Both the position numbers and the translations under genes were made by a program. The notes beneath the pieces were generated by a model. That model saw only the letters and a program-made list of their open reading frames with translations. It had not been told where the DNA came from and did not search any database. Shown here one piece after another: positions 25,583 through 37,805 of a stretch of DNA of 64,000 nucleotides (position 1 is the stretch's first letter; each line of letters opens with the position of its first letter). Source of the stretch: Vicugna vicugna (lineage: Eukaryota); assembly GCA_013265495.1 (NCBI GenBank), contig MU058221.1, positions 2,170,001 through 2,234,000 on the forward strand. Direction: 5' to 3'.

Positions 25583-26206
25583 TGACCACTAGTCCTGCAG
25601 ACGCAGGTGGAGACTGGATGGCCTTACTTAGGCCAGGGAGCTAGCAGAGGGGGCCAGACTGCTCACGAGCGGCAGCGCTCCTGTCTCGCAACAAGTCCAT
25701 GACTCTCCATGTGGAGTTTCCATGAACAGTAAACAAGAGGGAACAGATGCGTTGTGTTTCATGTGTTGTAATTCATAGCCTTTTAATTCATTTGCCTTTA
25801 AAAAAAAGTGTGGTAGCAGTTTTACTTCTGGTGCCTAACAGAGCCTGGTGCAGAGTGAGCTCTCTGTAAGCATTTGTTGAATGAAAGAAAGAACGTGTGA
25901 CAGGGTCTCCTGGAGAGCAGTTTAAGCAAGATGGGTTGGCCACTTTAGTCGAAGGGTTATAATTACTGTTAAAACTTACTTACATTTAAGGATGGAGAAA
26001 AGGCATTTTTTGATAGTGCAAAGCTGATGATAGCAACAAAGATAATACAACAATGCATCTTTGACCTTGCCGTGTGCTTCAGCTCTTAAGTTTAAATCAG
26101 TATATCTTGGATTTTGGCAAACTTAAATAAAAGTCATCAAGCCTTCTGTCTTGGAAAGCTGCCCTTCGTGGAGGCTTAACGTCTCCGCTGACTGTCGTCA
26201 TGCTGA

Positions 26207-26680
26207 TGGTACCCAGGGCAAGTTCACGTGCCCGCAGCACCGCGAGGCCAAACAAGCCAAAATGTCAGAGTTTGGAGCAGAGAAGGGTTTATTCCAGGGC
26301 TGAGCAAGGAAGATGGGGTGGCTTGTGCCCAAGGAAACCCCAAATTCCCCAAAGGGTTTCAGCAAAGCGTATTTGAAGTCCGGGTAGGGGAGGGGGTCGC
26401 AGGATGTGTGATCAGCTTGTGCACCGTCCTCTGATTGGCTGGTGTCGAGGGAACAGAGTGGTCAACACTCTCCACCCCTGGGCACCACAGGACCTGGGGC
26501 CCACATGCTCACAGTCATCAAGTAGTTAATGTCTTCCCTTTGGTGGTGGGTTTTAGCATCTGAAAAACTCAGGAAACATGCATGAGGCACTGTTACGGGG
26601 GTGCTTCAGAGAGGAGCTGCCGCAGGGGACACTGGACGGGTCTGAGCCTGGAAGGCCCCGCGGGGTCCTGCCCCGTTACA
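26207..26680 (-). mobile_element. ERV1-like solo LTR with perfect 4-bp TSD
   Basis: ctga|tggtacc...ccgttaca|ctga: TG...CA termini and CTGA duplicated on both sides; tttatt and ctgattgg inside. Confidence 0.92.
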
Positions 26681-26799
26681 CTGAGGCGTCTCCTTCCTCA
26701 AACTGCTCTGTCCTTCAAGGTCGCATTCCCTTCAGCTTCCGAGAATGACTGCGTTGCGCTTTGGATTTTTTCCTGCCTCTTTGACCGTCACGCTCTCCG

Positions 26800-27850
26800 T
26801 CTCCGGGACTTGCTTCCTCCCCTGCCCCCTAACTGCGGCTTTTCTCTCGAGTTCTGTCCTCTGCCCCACTCAGTTCTCACTAAAGGGCCTCCCTTGTTGG
26901 GACCACACATACCGCATGTCTGTTTCTCTGGTCCCAGCTCCTCTCCGGAGCTGCAGGCCTGGGTCCACCTGGATGTGTGACGTGTTAGCTCAGATGACTT
27001 CTAAGCATCTAACACGTTCTCAGACTAAGTCTGGTGTTTTATCTCTGTCAAGCCTAACCTTCCTTTTGGATTTCTTCTTTTACATAAAGAGATGACCTGT
27101 TTGAAGGTGGCCACTGAATCCAGAACGCTGAGAGCCTCACCCACGGCCCTCTCCAGTTAATCTCAAAATCCTCTGAGTTCTGTTCCTTTTGCATCTTTGA
27201 CGTGGCCCTCTCACCTTCTCGGTTATGACCACCGTGTATCTAGGCCCATGCTTTGGCCCAAATCATTGAAGCAACTTCCTACCTGGCTGCTCTGCCTGCC
27301 CCCCCTCCCCCCTCCCATCACCTCTGCCAGCCTAGCTTTGCCAAAATGCAAGTCAGGTATTATCTTTTATTTACCAGTGAAATTCTGTCTTCAGGATAAA
27401 CTTTAAAGCGCTCAGCGTGGCATCAGGTCATTTCAGTAGGACCCTGACTGCCTCTTTCATCTCACATCCTCCTTTTGTTACATTCCATTCTATGTTCTGT
27501 CATAATTACCTGTTTATTACTCTTCGGATGGACACTTGCTCTTTTAGTCTCACGTTCCTTCTCGTGGTATTTCCTCTGCCTGAACTTCCTTTTCTTTTCT
27601 AATCAGTTTATACTCATTCTTACCAAGATGCCCTATTTTTTGAAACTATCTCCAATTCTCCTAGCAACCAAACCACTGCTTCCTTCTATGTTACAACTGT
27701 ACTTTGTGCATATTAATATTAAACATATTATTCTGTTTCCAGTTCTGTCTCTCCAGCGGCGAGCCCTGGAAGGAAGGAGACCAGGTCTGATTCATACTCT
27801 CCTCAGTACGGTTAGCACAAAGACATAAAGTAACTTTGTTGAACAGAGAC
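26800..27850. mobile_element. Degraded L2 fragments
   Basis: L2-like motifs (ccagctcctctccggagctgcag, tccacctggatgt, ttcaggataaactttaaa, terminal tttgttgaa); recalled consensus, approximate limits. Confidence 0.55.
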
Positions 27851-28772
27851 AGAAGTGGATATGCTCACTGTTTTGGTCTTAATGGCACTCTGGTTTATCC
27901 ACCCGTGATTCCTTCTCATCCCTGTGGGTGGCGCCATCTGCCTTGTCAGCTTCCCCGCGACAGACATGACCCACCTTAATCAGCATTCTGCTGTGTTCCA
28001 GTGGGCATCCATTATCTTCCTTGTTGGGTTAAACCTCTTCAGGTGTCTGTGTTCCAGTGTCACCCAAAGACTCTGTATGATTTAAATTATCAACAGATGA
28101 ACATCAGAATTCAGAGTTTGGGGGAGAACATGACATCCTCATTAAGCACAAAGAGTACTTCTCAAGCCATGCTATGTTTCTTGAGAAGCAATTAACATAT
28201 TGCACATTATTCCTGTGAGACACAAACTGTTTCTTTCCCATCTTAATTTGCCTGCTTAAAAACAGACAGAAAAAGATAGATGAGTTTACACTCAGGGTGT
28301 ATGCATTTCCCTTGTGGCCAATGAACCAATTTCCTTTGCATATTTGCAGAATATTGATACAATTACTCTTTCATCAGACATGAAATTTGAGTGCCTAACC
28401 AGTTTGTGGAAATCACCTAGTAATTTATTAGGTTGATAATGCCAATTAAGTCATAATTGCTTCTGAGAAATATGAATTGACTTTCTGTTTTAAAGGGACA
28501 ATTTAACATTCCAAACCACAGACCTAGAGTGGAACTAATTTGGGGGTTAAGAAGTTTATTTTTCCTATTATTAAACTTACAAAAATTTAAACCGTTGATA
28601 ATCCAGTAACTAATTATTCAGTTGCTGGATTATTGGGTTCATGTCGTATCTTTATCTTTGTCTCTGGTTGCTTATCTTTTTTTTTTTAACTATTTAAAGA
28701 TGTAATGAAGGAGAGGATTTTAGACAGAAATGTAACATGTTGGTAGGCCTGTGGTGTTTCTTTTTTCTACTA

Positions 28773-29078
28773 TTTTTTATATCTATCTATCTGTCTATCT
28801 ATCTATTTTAAACTGACATACAGCCAGTTACAATGTGTCAATTTCTGGTGTACAGCATAATGTCCCAGTCATGCGTATATATACATATATTCTTTTTCAT
28901 TAAAGGTTATTACAAGGTATTGAATACAGTTCCGTGTGCTGTACAGAAGAAACCTGTTCTTTAATCTATTTTTATGTGTAGTGGTTAACCTTTGCAAATC
29001 TCAAACTCCCAAATTTATCCCTTCCCACCCTTTTCCCCCAGTTAATCATAAGGTTGTTTACTATGTCTGCAAGTCTGT
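28773..29078 (-). mobile_element. LINE-1 3'UTR fragment with (TCTA)n-modified tail
   Basis: cagttacaatgtgtcaatttctggtgtacagc...ctcccaaatttatcccttcccacc is shared with the 7486 copy. Confidence 0.9.
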
Positions 29079-29079
29079 C

Positions 29080-29170
29080 AACTGTTTAAAAACATCATTC
29101 TTAACTTGTCAGCCATACAAAAATGGAGAGCAGGCTTAATTTGGCCCATAAGCCATTGTTTACTGACCTT
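29080..29170 (+). mobile_element. MER58-like hAT relic (right part, interrupted by the L1)
   Basis: catcattcttaacttgtcagccatacaaaaa...ttggcccataagccattgtttactgacc resembles the MER58 right end as recalled. Confidence 0.55.
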
Positions 29171-30185
29171 GGTTTAATCAGACCTTCACGTGAGACTTTC
29201 AAATGTTTGTGGAGTTTTCATGTGAGTGGCAGAGCTGCTTTCAGTAACAGTCTCCTGTTTACACATACTCTGTACTTCCACGCACACACTGGGAATGCCT
29301 ATTGGCTTCGCTGACACTGTGTGGAAACTTAAAATAGTTCCTTTTTCTGGATGGATCAGGATCAAGGATTTTACAGTAGCAGTCTGCCAGCCAAGCGATT
29401 TGGCAGCCTCAGCCCGGCCGCCTCACACTGCAGGCAGAACTAACATTTGTTACTACGTGTGGTGATGTGCCTCCGCCCCGGTAATCTGGAATCTCAGGCT
29501 CACTGAGCCACGTCAGACATCAGTGCAAACCAAACTACGCACGTCCAGCTGGACGGCTGCCCGTGTGTGTTCATCTGCAAGTGATGGATTCACTGGGTGC
29601 CCCCTTGTGTTCCAGGAGCCTTTTGGTAGAAGTTGGGAAAAGGATGTAATTGGCTCACGACCTCTCAGTCGGCTAACTGGCAGCTATGTATCAACTACTA
29701 ACATGCAGGGCACTCAGCTGGGTGCAGCAGAAGAAACCAAATGTAAGACTCACCCTAAGTGCGGGCGAGGCTTAGTCTGGGGCGTGGATGGCAGATCGTG
29801 TCAGGCGCCACACTGAGGTCGCAGAGGACGGCAGCTGGGCAGACAGATGGTCAACAGTGTAGACAGAGGGGGAATGAAGCCACACGGTGACCGTGTGTTC
29901 ACTCAGAAGCAGTCGGTTTTACTCTTGACCCTTTAAAGACTCGATTTGATTGAGTGCGTTTTGAATATTCGCTTTCTGATCAATCCATGATGTGAAGCCA
30001 AGGATGATGCCCTCTGCCCTGCTTTCCTGGGGTGAGCAGACGAGGGAACTAGGGAGGCGAAACCGGCCGCCCCGAGATGACAGCATCCAGAAGGAGCAGT
30101 TCGCCGCTGGGCCACCTCGGGCCGCTCTTCTTAGCCGTTACCTTTGCTAAATAGGTGACTCTGTCCTCCTGAGTGTCAGCGTCTC

Positions 30186-30353
30186 TACATAAATAACAAG
30201 GACCTCCTGTAGAGCACTGGGGACTATATTCAATATTGTGTAATAAGCGATAATGGAAAATAATTGAGAAAGCATGTATATACTGAGTCACTTTGCTGTA
30301 CTCCAGAAACTAACACAGCATTGTAAATCAACGATACTTCAATTAAGAAAAAA
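30186..30353 (+). mobile_element. Short LINE-1 3' end
   Basis: aaataacaaggacctcctgtagagcactggggactatattcaa...aactaacacagcattgtaaatcaac...A-rich tail. Confidence 0.85.
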
Positions 30354-31145
30354 TTTGAAAATAGCTTCTCTCTCAAGTGAAATTAATGTAGGCTTAGATT
30401 TCTGGGTTTTTTTTAAAGCATTAAATATCAAAGAATAAAATGTGTTGTATAATTATCAAGTCATTATCTTTGTCATTTATTTCCAATTAAAGTGAGCTGT
30501 TTAATTGCAGATAATATCTTAAGTCTATTAAAAATGGCATAATTAGTTTATTTTTAAGTATATGCCGGAGAAGAAAGAATAGAAGGTCCGTGAGACACCG
30601 TGCAGTCTTAAATGGAGGCAAGTCCAAAATGGAGCTTAACGTTTCTCTGTAGCTTAATACAAAGAAAGATGATTAAAAGTTAGTATCTTTAGTAGTTTCC
30701 ATTTCAAACGTTACCCCAGGTAGGAACAATTTATGTGCAGGTAGGAAGATTCTCACTGGGAGAGAGCTTGGCACAGAATGAAAAAGATGAAAATGTATCT
30801 GTGTTAATTATTGATACACCATAGGGAGAATGAGTGTTGAAAACAGAACAAATAACACGCTTTTGGTTTAGACACCTCGGTTAGTTTATTAAAATGGTCT
30901 TGATTTATGCTTTTATCTCAGACTTCAGTCTTTAAAAGAAGTATTTAAAGCATTCAGAGCCAGAATTATGATCATGCCTCATTGTCTGTAAGATGTCTTT
31001 CATTCTTAATTCTCAGGGCTACAAAATTCCTTTTTCTGCCTCTATCTGTAGGCATTTTGATGGGAAACTGGGAGACACGGCCTCGGGGGTTACTAGTCAG
31101 ATAGTTTAAACTGGATAATAGGCATGTAAAAAGTAACACTGTAGA

Positions 31146-31580
31146 ATGTTACTGGAGAATGGACCTGGAGATCATCATTCTAAGTGAAGGAAGCCAGAAA
31201 GAGAAGGAAAAGTACCATATGAGATCACTCATATGCGGAATCTAAAAAAAAAGACAAATGAACTTATATATAAAACAGAAACAGAGTCACAGACATAGAG
31301 AACAGATGTGTAGTTGCCAACGGGGAGGCAGGTGGGAAGGGATAAATTAGGAGTTTGAGATCTGCAGACACCAGTATACATAAAATAGATAAACAACAAG
31401 TTTTTACCGTACAGCGCAGGGAACTATATTCAATGTCTTGTATTCTTAACCTATGCTTAAAAAATATGAAAAGGAACATACGTATGTTTCTGTATGACTG
31501 AAGCACTGTGCTGCACACCAGAAATTGACACAACATTCTAAACTGACTCTATCTCAATTAAAAAAAATTAAAAATAAAAG
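31146..31580 (+). mobile_element. LINE-1 3' end, possibly with a very short 5' inversion
   Basis: ggacctggagatcatcattctaagtgaa...gaaattgacacaacattc...A-rich tail. Confidence 0.9.
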
Positions 31581-33007
31581 TAATAAACACGCAGAGATAA
31601 ACAGGAGGATGGGGTGATGATAAAGGTGCCAAAGGAAGGAAGTAAAGATAGGCAAATTGTGGCCTCTTCCAGGGAAAAGCTCAGAATCACTAAAGGCGAA
31701 CTGTACCCCCCCCCTTAAACACGCATTGTCCTGCAGGTTTTCTGATTTCCGTTGCTGTAATGACCCCACATCAGAATGCCATATTCTTGTAGAAGAATGA
31801 GTTTGACTAATGTCACTTTCCTCTTTGGGAACTATTTTTTTAACATCTTTAAACAATGAAAGCGAATGGCTGCGTAAGGGCATGTTGACATTTATTCCTT
31901 CTTCTTGTTTGATTTGAAATAGTTGTGTTGGACAGCAGGCCACGGTGAGGGGCTGGAGTTTATCAGGCAGAGCAGGACTGTTTATTACTTTTCGTAGTTG
32001 CTACCTTGAACTGTGAAGGTAGTGAAAATCCGGGATGCATTGATCTTCCAGGGTTGTCGCAGAAAGCAAGGAAAACCACGGGACACGCTCTGACTCCTGG
32101 CATTTGCTTTTTCCATAGGATCAGATTCAGGAACACAGTGGATCAGATCAGTCCCTACTTTATATTAGCAAATGGTTTTCTTTGCTGTCTTTTGTGGCAT
32201 TTTGAAAATCTTGCATACATTTGAGATGACTCAGTAGCTGTCTAAAGAGGCTAGTTACTACTGAAAGCTAGAAAATCTTAAGGTAATAAATAAGACTTTC
32301 TCCTAGTCTTTAATAAACAGTTTCTTGGCTACTGAAGAAAAAAAAAACCTTCACCTTCCTCCACTGTGCATCAAAAATCTTGGGAACTTACTGTTTGGGT
32401 ATAAAACCACTCCGTTAGTGTTCTGTGCATGCTAAAGCCTTTCTGCTGACATAACCGTAATTAAATGTAATTTTACACTCCATATCTTACCAGGTAAGGC
32501 CAGTCCTGCTCAGTGACGGCTTTGAGTGCAGTCAGATATGGATTCAGCTTTAAGATGGTGGCTTTGTAGCTCAAGAAAGACTCAGAAATACTTGTGTTTT
32601 CGCTGTTGGTAGAAAAAGTATTTTATGATACCTGCTGAGCCGTTTGAAACAGGTCACAAATGAAAAGCAGGGAAAAGTAGCAGTTTAAGAGCGTTTGTCT
32701 CTGATCGCTGTCCACTGTTTCCATACCTTCCTTGAGTGGAAAGAATCGTGTGCTACTGTTACTTCCCTGTCTGAAGTGGAGAAGTGGCTGTTGCGTGCAG
32801 AAGGATACCCCAGGGAGACGGTGCAGGGGCGAGGCTCGATCGCAGAGTCTGGGGCCAGAAGGCGGGCGGCCCATTCCCGCTCTGCCCTGTGTTCAGAGCG
32901 TGTGCCCGGACAACTAGTCACCTCTTCTCAGCACCTTTCTTATTGTACCTAGTTGACATCTGGGTGTTTTTCTGTGTGTTTTGTTTTCTGATTCTTTTTT
33001 AAAAAAA

Positions 33008-33307
33008 TTTTTGTTGAGATATAGTCAGTTCACGATGCTGTGTCAATTTCTGGTGCACAGCACAGTGCTTCAGTCATACATGAACATACATATATTCCTT
33101 TTCATATTCTTTTTCCCCGTGAGCATCTGTAAGATACTGAATATATTCCCCTGTGCTGTACAGTATAGAGTTGTCTGTTTTATACATGACCAGTCAGTAT
33201 CTGCAAATCTCAAACTCCCAGTTTATCCCTTCCCACCACCCCCCCGGTAACCACAAGTCTGTATTCTACGCCTGTGAGTCTGTTTCTGTGTTATATGTAA
33301 GTTCATT
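33008..33307 (-). mobile_element. LINE-1 3'UTR fragment
   Basis: tgtgtcaatttctggtgcacagcacagtgcttcagtcataca...gtgagtctgtttctg. Confidence 0.9.
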
Positions 33308-33748
33308 CCAGTGCACCTCCTGTAATTCCCTTTGCATCCTGTGCCCTGCTTCACCTCCAGGCATTTGTTCCCACCTCTTATTCTGTCCACATCACCTCTT
33401 TCTGCCCCTGACTTTGCTTGGTCCACTGCTTTTTACTCTTTAAGTCTCAGCCGAGGAATAACCTCCTCCAGAAAGATTTCTGTGACTGCCTACTGCCTCC
33501 CAGCGGTGCAAGTTCCCATCACTCAGTCATTTTTTTTTTTAAACATTGTCAGTATATCCCAAATTACAATTGGTTGTACATCTTTTTGTTTTTACCAGAC
33601 AGTGAACCTCTTGAAAGAAAGGATTCTTCAGGCTCTGCCCTCAGACACCCACAGTAACTGGCACCCGTTTGTTGAACGAATGGCTGTACTTTCAGCTGCT
33701 CATTAGAAGGGGAAGTGGACCCAGATGACGTAAAAGAGGACAGATGGA

Positions 33749-33877
33749 GGCGGGGAGGGTATTGGTCAGTGGGGGAGCGCATGCCTAACATGCATGAGGT
33801 CCTGGGCTCAATCCCCAGTTTATTAAATAAATAAATAAACCCAATAAACTAATTATTAGCCCCCTCCAAAAAAAAAA
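33749..33877 (+). mobile_element. tRNA-derived SINE
   Basis: ggggagggtattggtcagtgg (A-box-like)...gtcctgggctcaatcccc (B-box-like), (taaa)n and poly(A) tail; flanks aaaagaggacagatg / aaaagtgacagatg as TSD. Confidence 0.88.
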
Positions 33878-33999
33878 GTGACAGATGATACATGTGCCAT
33901 TATGTTTGGTTTAGGAGAATTTCATGCTTTTTAAAAATAAGAGATACAGTTTTATAATTACGATTTGTTAGACTCATTTCAGCTGAATATGGGCAATCT

Positions 34000-34135
34000 G
34001 ATACAGTGGCGGGAACTCTGGGCTTCAAGTCAAAGGTCCTGTGTTCAACTCCAGGTGTCCCCCTTTCCTAGACCCCACGGGTGGCCACGGGGAACATCTC
34101 TGGCATCATTTTCTTCTTCAGTAAGATGGAGCGAG
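34000..34135 (+). mobile_element. MIR-like relic
   Basis: tgggcttcaagtcaaaggtcctgtgttcaactccagg...cattttcttcttcagtaagatggag follows MIR consensus order. Confidence 0.55.
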
Positions 34136-36029
34136 CAGCATCGTGGCCCTGTCAAGCCATGTGTGGTGCGTTCCGCGTCCTGCTGGGGCAGAGGCCTCTC
34201 TGCTGCGTCCTGTGGTGTGGGAGCCTGCAGCGAGGGGAGCGCAGTGTCCCTAGACTGAACTGCGATTTTAGATCACAGGACTCCTTGTAGAGAGAAAGGA
34301 TGACAGGTGCCATTTAAAAGCAGTGCCCTTCTCACCACTGTATGTGAATGTAGGCAAATGTATGATTCTGGGAAGCAGTTTTGAACTCTCTGGTCCCCAG
34401 AATTATTTGCAAGTTAAAGTTTTAACAGAGTTCAACATTGGAAAAATAGATCAATTATGTGGGACAAGAGAGGCCGTAACAGCACCAGCCTGATGGCAGA
34501 AGGGGACCCTAGCCTCCTCTGCTTGGGAGTGAGTTACTGCGGCTGCTGTCTTTATGGCCATGCTTTCTAACTGCCGCTCCATAACTGTAGGAATGGAAAC
34601 AATAATTTTTAAAGTAAACATGTTTAAAAAAATAAAATCAGTAAAAATCCCAAGGCACCAAAATATTATGTAAGTCAAATAAAGGGAATGAAAATAGATA
34701 AGCTAGAAAGAAAATAAGGCTTATTTAAAAAGAAGAAGATAAAAGTAGGAAATACAGCCCCACAATTTTAAAATGAACTAAAATGACAATGTAAGAGGAA
34801 CAAAAGATCAAAAGGATAAAAAGATTAGATGAGCTTTAAGAATGCAAACAAGAGACTTAGACATTTGAAATGTAAAAACCTCAGTGGACCTAAGAGCATA
34901 AAATCCTCCTGCAGGGGCACACCTCTGTCGGCCTTGCCCTTTTCTGTCTGGGGCTTGCCCGTTAAAGCGAAGCGCTCCCTGCGTTACCAGGCAGCGGGGT
35001 TTTGCCGCCGGCTGCTGCCGCGCCCCTGCCGGCCAGTAGGGGGCAGCCGCACGGAAGGGCGGGGACGCCCGAGCAGGTGCTGGGGGCTGAGCTGTTTGCT
35101 GATGGGGAAGGACCCTGAAGGCTGCTAGCAAAGAGAAGCTGCCCAGCTGTTTCTTTTTTTAAGTCCCTCCCAAATAATGCAGCAGCAGTACTCCTCCTTC
35201 ACTCCGCTTTGGCTTCAGTCTCTGTCCTTCTTGCTCACGATTCAGCCCCAGGTGTTTGCTTTTTTCCTGTTACTTCAGCGACTAGTCTGTTTTGCTCTAG
35301 TCCCTAAGTCCCTGGCTTGCTTTGGTTCTTTTTTTATTTTTTTCCTTCTGAATTTCTAAACCTGTTTGAGAGCTCTTCAGTTCTCTGAAAATACACGCAT
35401 ACACACACACCAACAACCCACCCCCCTCCTCCGCCCACGGGCGCACAGCAGGAACCCACCCACTCGTGGATGAACACACACAGCCGGTCCACACACGCAC
35501 GCACGTGCCCCGATGCGCACGCTCGCGCGCGCGCGCGCTGCCCCTTTACCTTCAGCCCCGTCTCTCGCCTGCGTGGCTTCCCGCCCACGGAGACGCCTCT
35601 CCAGCTGGCTGGTCCCGTCCATCGTGGCAATGCTCCCCATCTCCGCCACGGTATAGATTAGAGTATTGTAAATTTATTCTTTCCCAGGGAGGTTTTTTTT
35701 TTTTTTAAAGCTTTTCCCCTGTCATCTATAAATAATGAATAATTCCATTAACAATGTGATGAATAGTGTAACTTTTATGCGGAGGTTTTCAAGCTCCATG
35801 TTTCAGCGCCTTTACTTTGGAGACAGCCCCGGGCCGCGGCAGGTAGGAAGCTCCTCCGGCCGACGCTGCAGGTTCGCTCGTGTCCCGTTTCCCAGAGTGT
35901 GTTCCCCAGGTTCTGCTAGTTCGTGCCTGCAGTTTATTTTGTTTTATTTTTCTAGCATCATGACACTGCTGACCTGAAAATATGAGGTAGGGAATTATCA
36001 ATGCCATTTATTTATTTGTTTAAAATTTA

Positions 36030-36143
36030 TTTGTTTATTTTTTTATTTCAGTGTAGTTGATTTACAATGTTAGTTTCAGCTGTACAGCAAAGCGATTCAG
36101 TTATACATACACATACACATGTATGTTTTCTTTTCAGATTCTC
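36030..36143 (-). mobile_element. Very short LINE-1 3' end
   Basis: tagttgatttacaatgttagtttcagctgtacagcaaagcgattcagttataca...ttttcagattct. Confidence 0.85.
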
Positions 36144-37740
36144 ACCTGCATGCATTTCCTCTAGACCCTGGCTTCCTTTTTTTTTTTTTTTTTTCTTTTT
36201 CTCGTCTGATTTTATAAAGCCTGTTTGCGATCTCTTCAGTTCTCTGGAGATACACATACACACACACAAACAACCCATACCCCGCTCTCTGTGCTGATAG
36301 GTTTGAGGAATGTAGCAATACACTGACTCCTTTAATGCAGAACTCCCCAAAGCATTTCATGTGCTAATTTTCTCTGGGCCATGCAGTATTTCCAAAACAT
36401 ATTTGGCCAGGGAAAGGCATTTTTTTTCATCAAAACATTACCTCTCTAAAACTAGTGTTCCATGGAAAATAATTTAAGACATAATGCTATCATGACAATA
36501 ATACATTTTCCTCGTTCGGCAGAGAAACTGTTTCACAATTACTCTTATTGCAGAGTTCACCTCAGTATATTTCCATCAAGTCGGCATTTCTGTATATTTT
36601 TACTCCAAAAGTATCATAAAAATCTATCCTTGAGCCCATATATGACTCTGAAGGTCTCCTGAACTTCAAAGCAGAGTAAATACTTTTCACTGTTTTATGT
36701 TCATGTGGGTTTCTGTTAAAGAGTTCTTTGAAAATCAGTAATCTTTGTAAAGGAAAATAGTCTAATTAGATTTTGATCGAGTGTTGCTTTAATTACAGTA
36801 TCAGTACTTAATGCATGTTACATGGTAAAAAGATTATTGGAAGTGCATAAACTGAAGAGCAGTAGAAAGAAAGAGTGAGCAAGAAAGAGAGACTTCAGAT
36901 GGGCTCCAGTGGGAGGAAGAGTCATTGAAGACACAGCGACACAGCTCTGGTACCAGTGGCAGGCGGGGCAGAGCACCCACGGCCCCCCATTTCAGTTTTC
37001 CTTCAGGAATCTCACCTGTATGATAAACCAGGCAAAGCCATCCTCAGTGTGATTTTTAGACACCATTTGGAGGGTGCCTAGGGCACAAGGGACAGGATCT
37101 GAGTAACACTATTCTGAGTTCAGTAAAAATTGTCCTTGTTCTAAGATCTAAGAAAGTGCCAATGTGAAGGTGGACTTTCTGCCGAAAGCTGCCACAGAAA
37201 ACTTCTGTCCTGTTTGCACAACCTCATGCGTTTACCCTCTAAACTGAAGAGAGAGCATTTTTCAATGAGTAATTTCCTAGAAAATTCACAGTTCCAGGGG
37301 ACCGCAGACCTGGTCTGTGCTGCGCGGGTGCTTCTTTCTGAGACACCACCTGCTTCACTCATTTCTCAGGACCCCATTGTTTTTTGCTGGAACGATCTGT
37401 GTTCTGTGGAGATGTGCATTTGAGCGGGAATCAGAGAATCGCAGCCACTGATGCTTGGAGCACAACTTTCAGTACGTATCTTTGGATGCTTTGTTTCAGA
37501 GCGAACTTTCCCAGAGCACAGACTCAGACTTAATTTGCCATAACTAAGTTGTTTTCTATCCTGTTAGAAAAAAAAATTCACACACATGTCCTTTACACTC
37601 CTCACTGTCTTTTTGGCCCTAAGCATTCTAGCAGGCACATAGTAGGTACTCAGCGGGTGGCAGGTGGGGCAGTGGTAAAATTACCTACTCTCATTTGCCT
37701 GTCTTACCATATTTATAGATCTGGTAAAGTGTGTTTTCTA

Positions 37741-37743
<3 letters not shown>

Positions 37744-37782
<39 letters not shown>

Positions 37783-37805
37783 CACACACACACATATATA
37801 CATAT
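37744..37805. repeat. (TA)n followed by (CA)n microsatellite
   Basis: atatatatat... about 30 nt, then tacacacacacacatatata. Confidence 0.95.

Noticed and set aside
33749..33820. tRNA gene (also 52835-52905)
   Set aside because: A/B-box similarity only; A-rich tails and TSDs identify them as SINEs.
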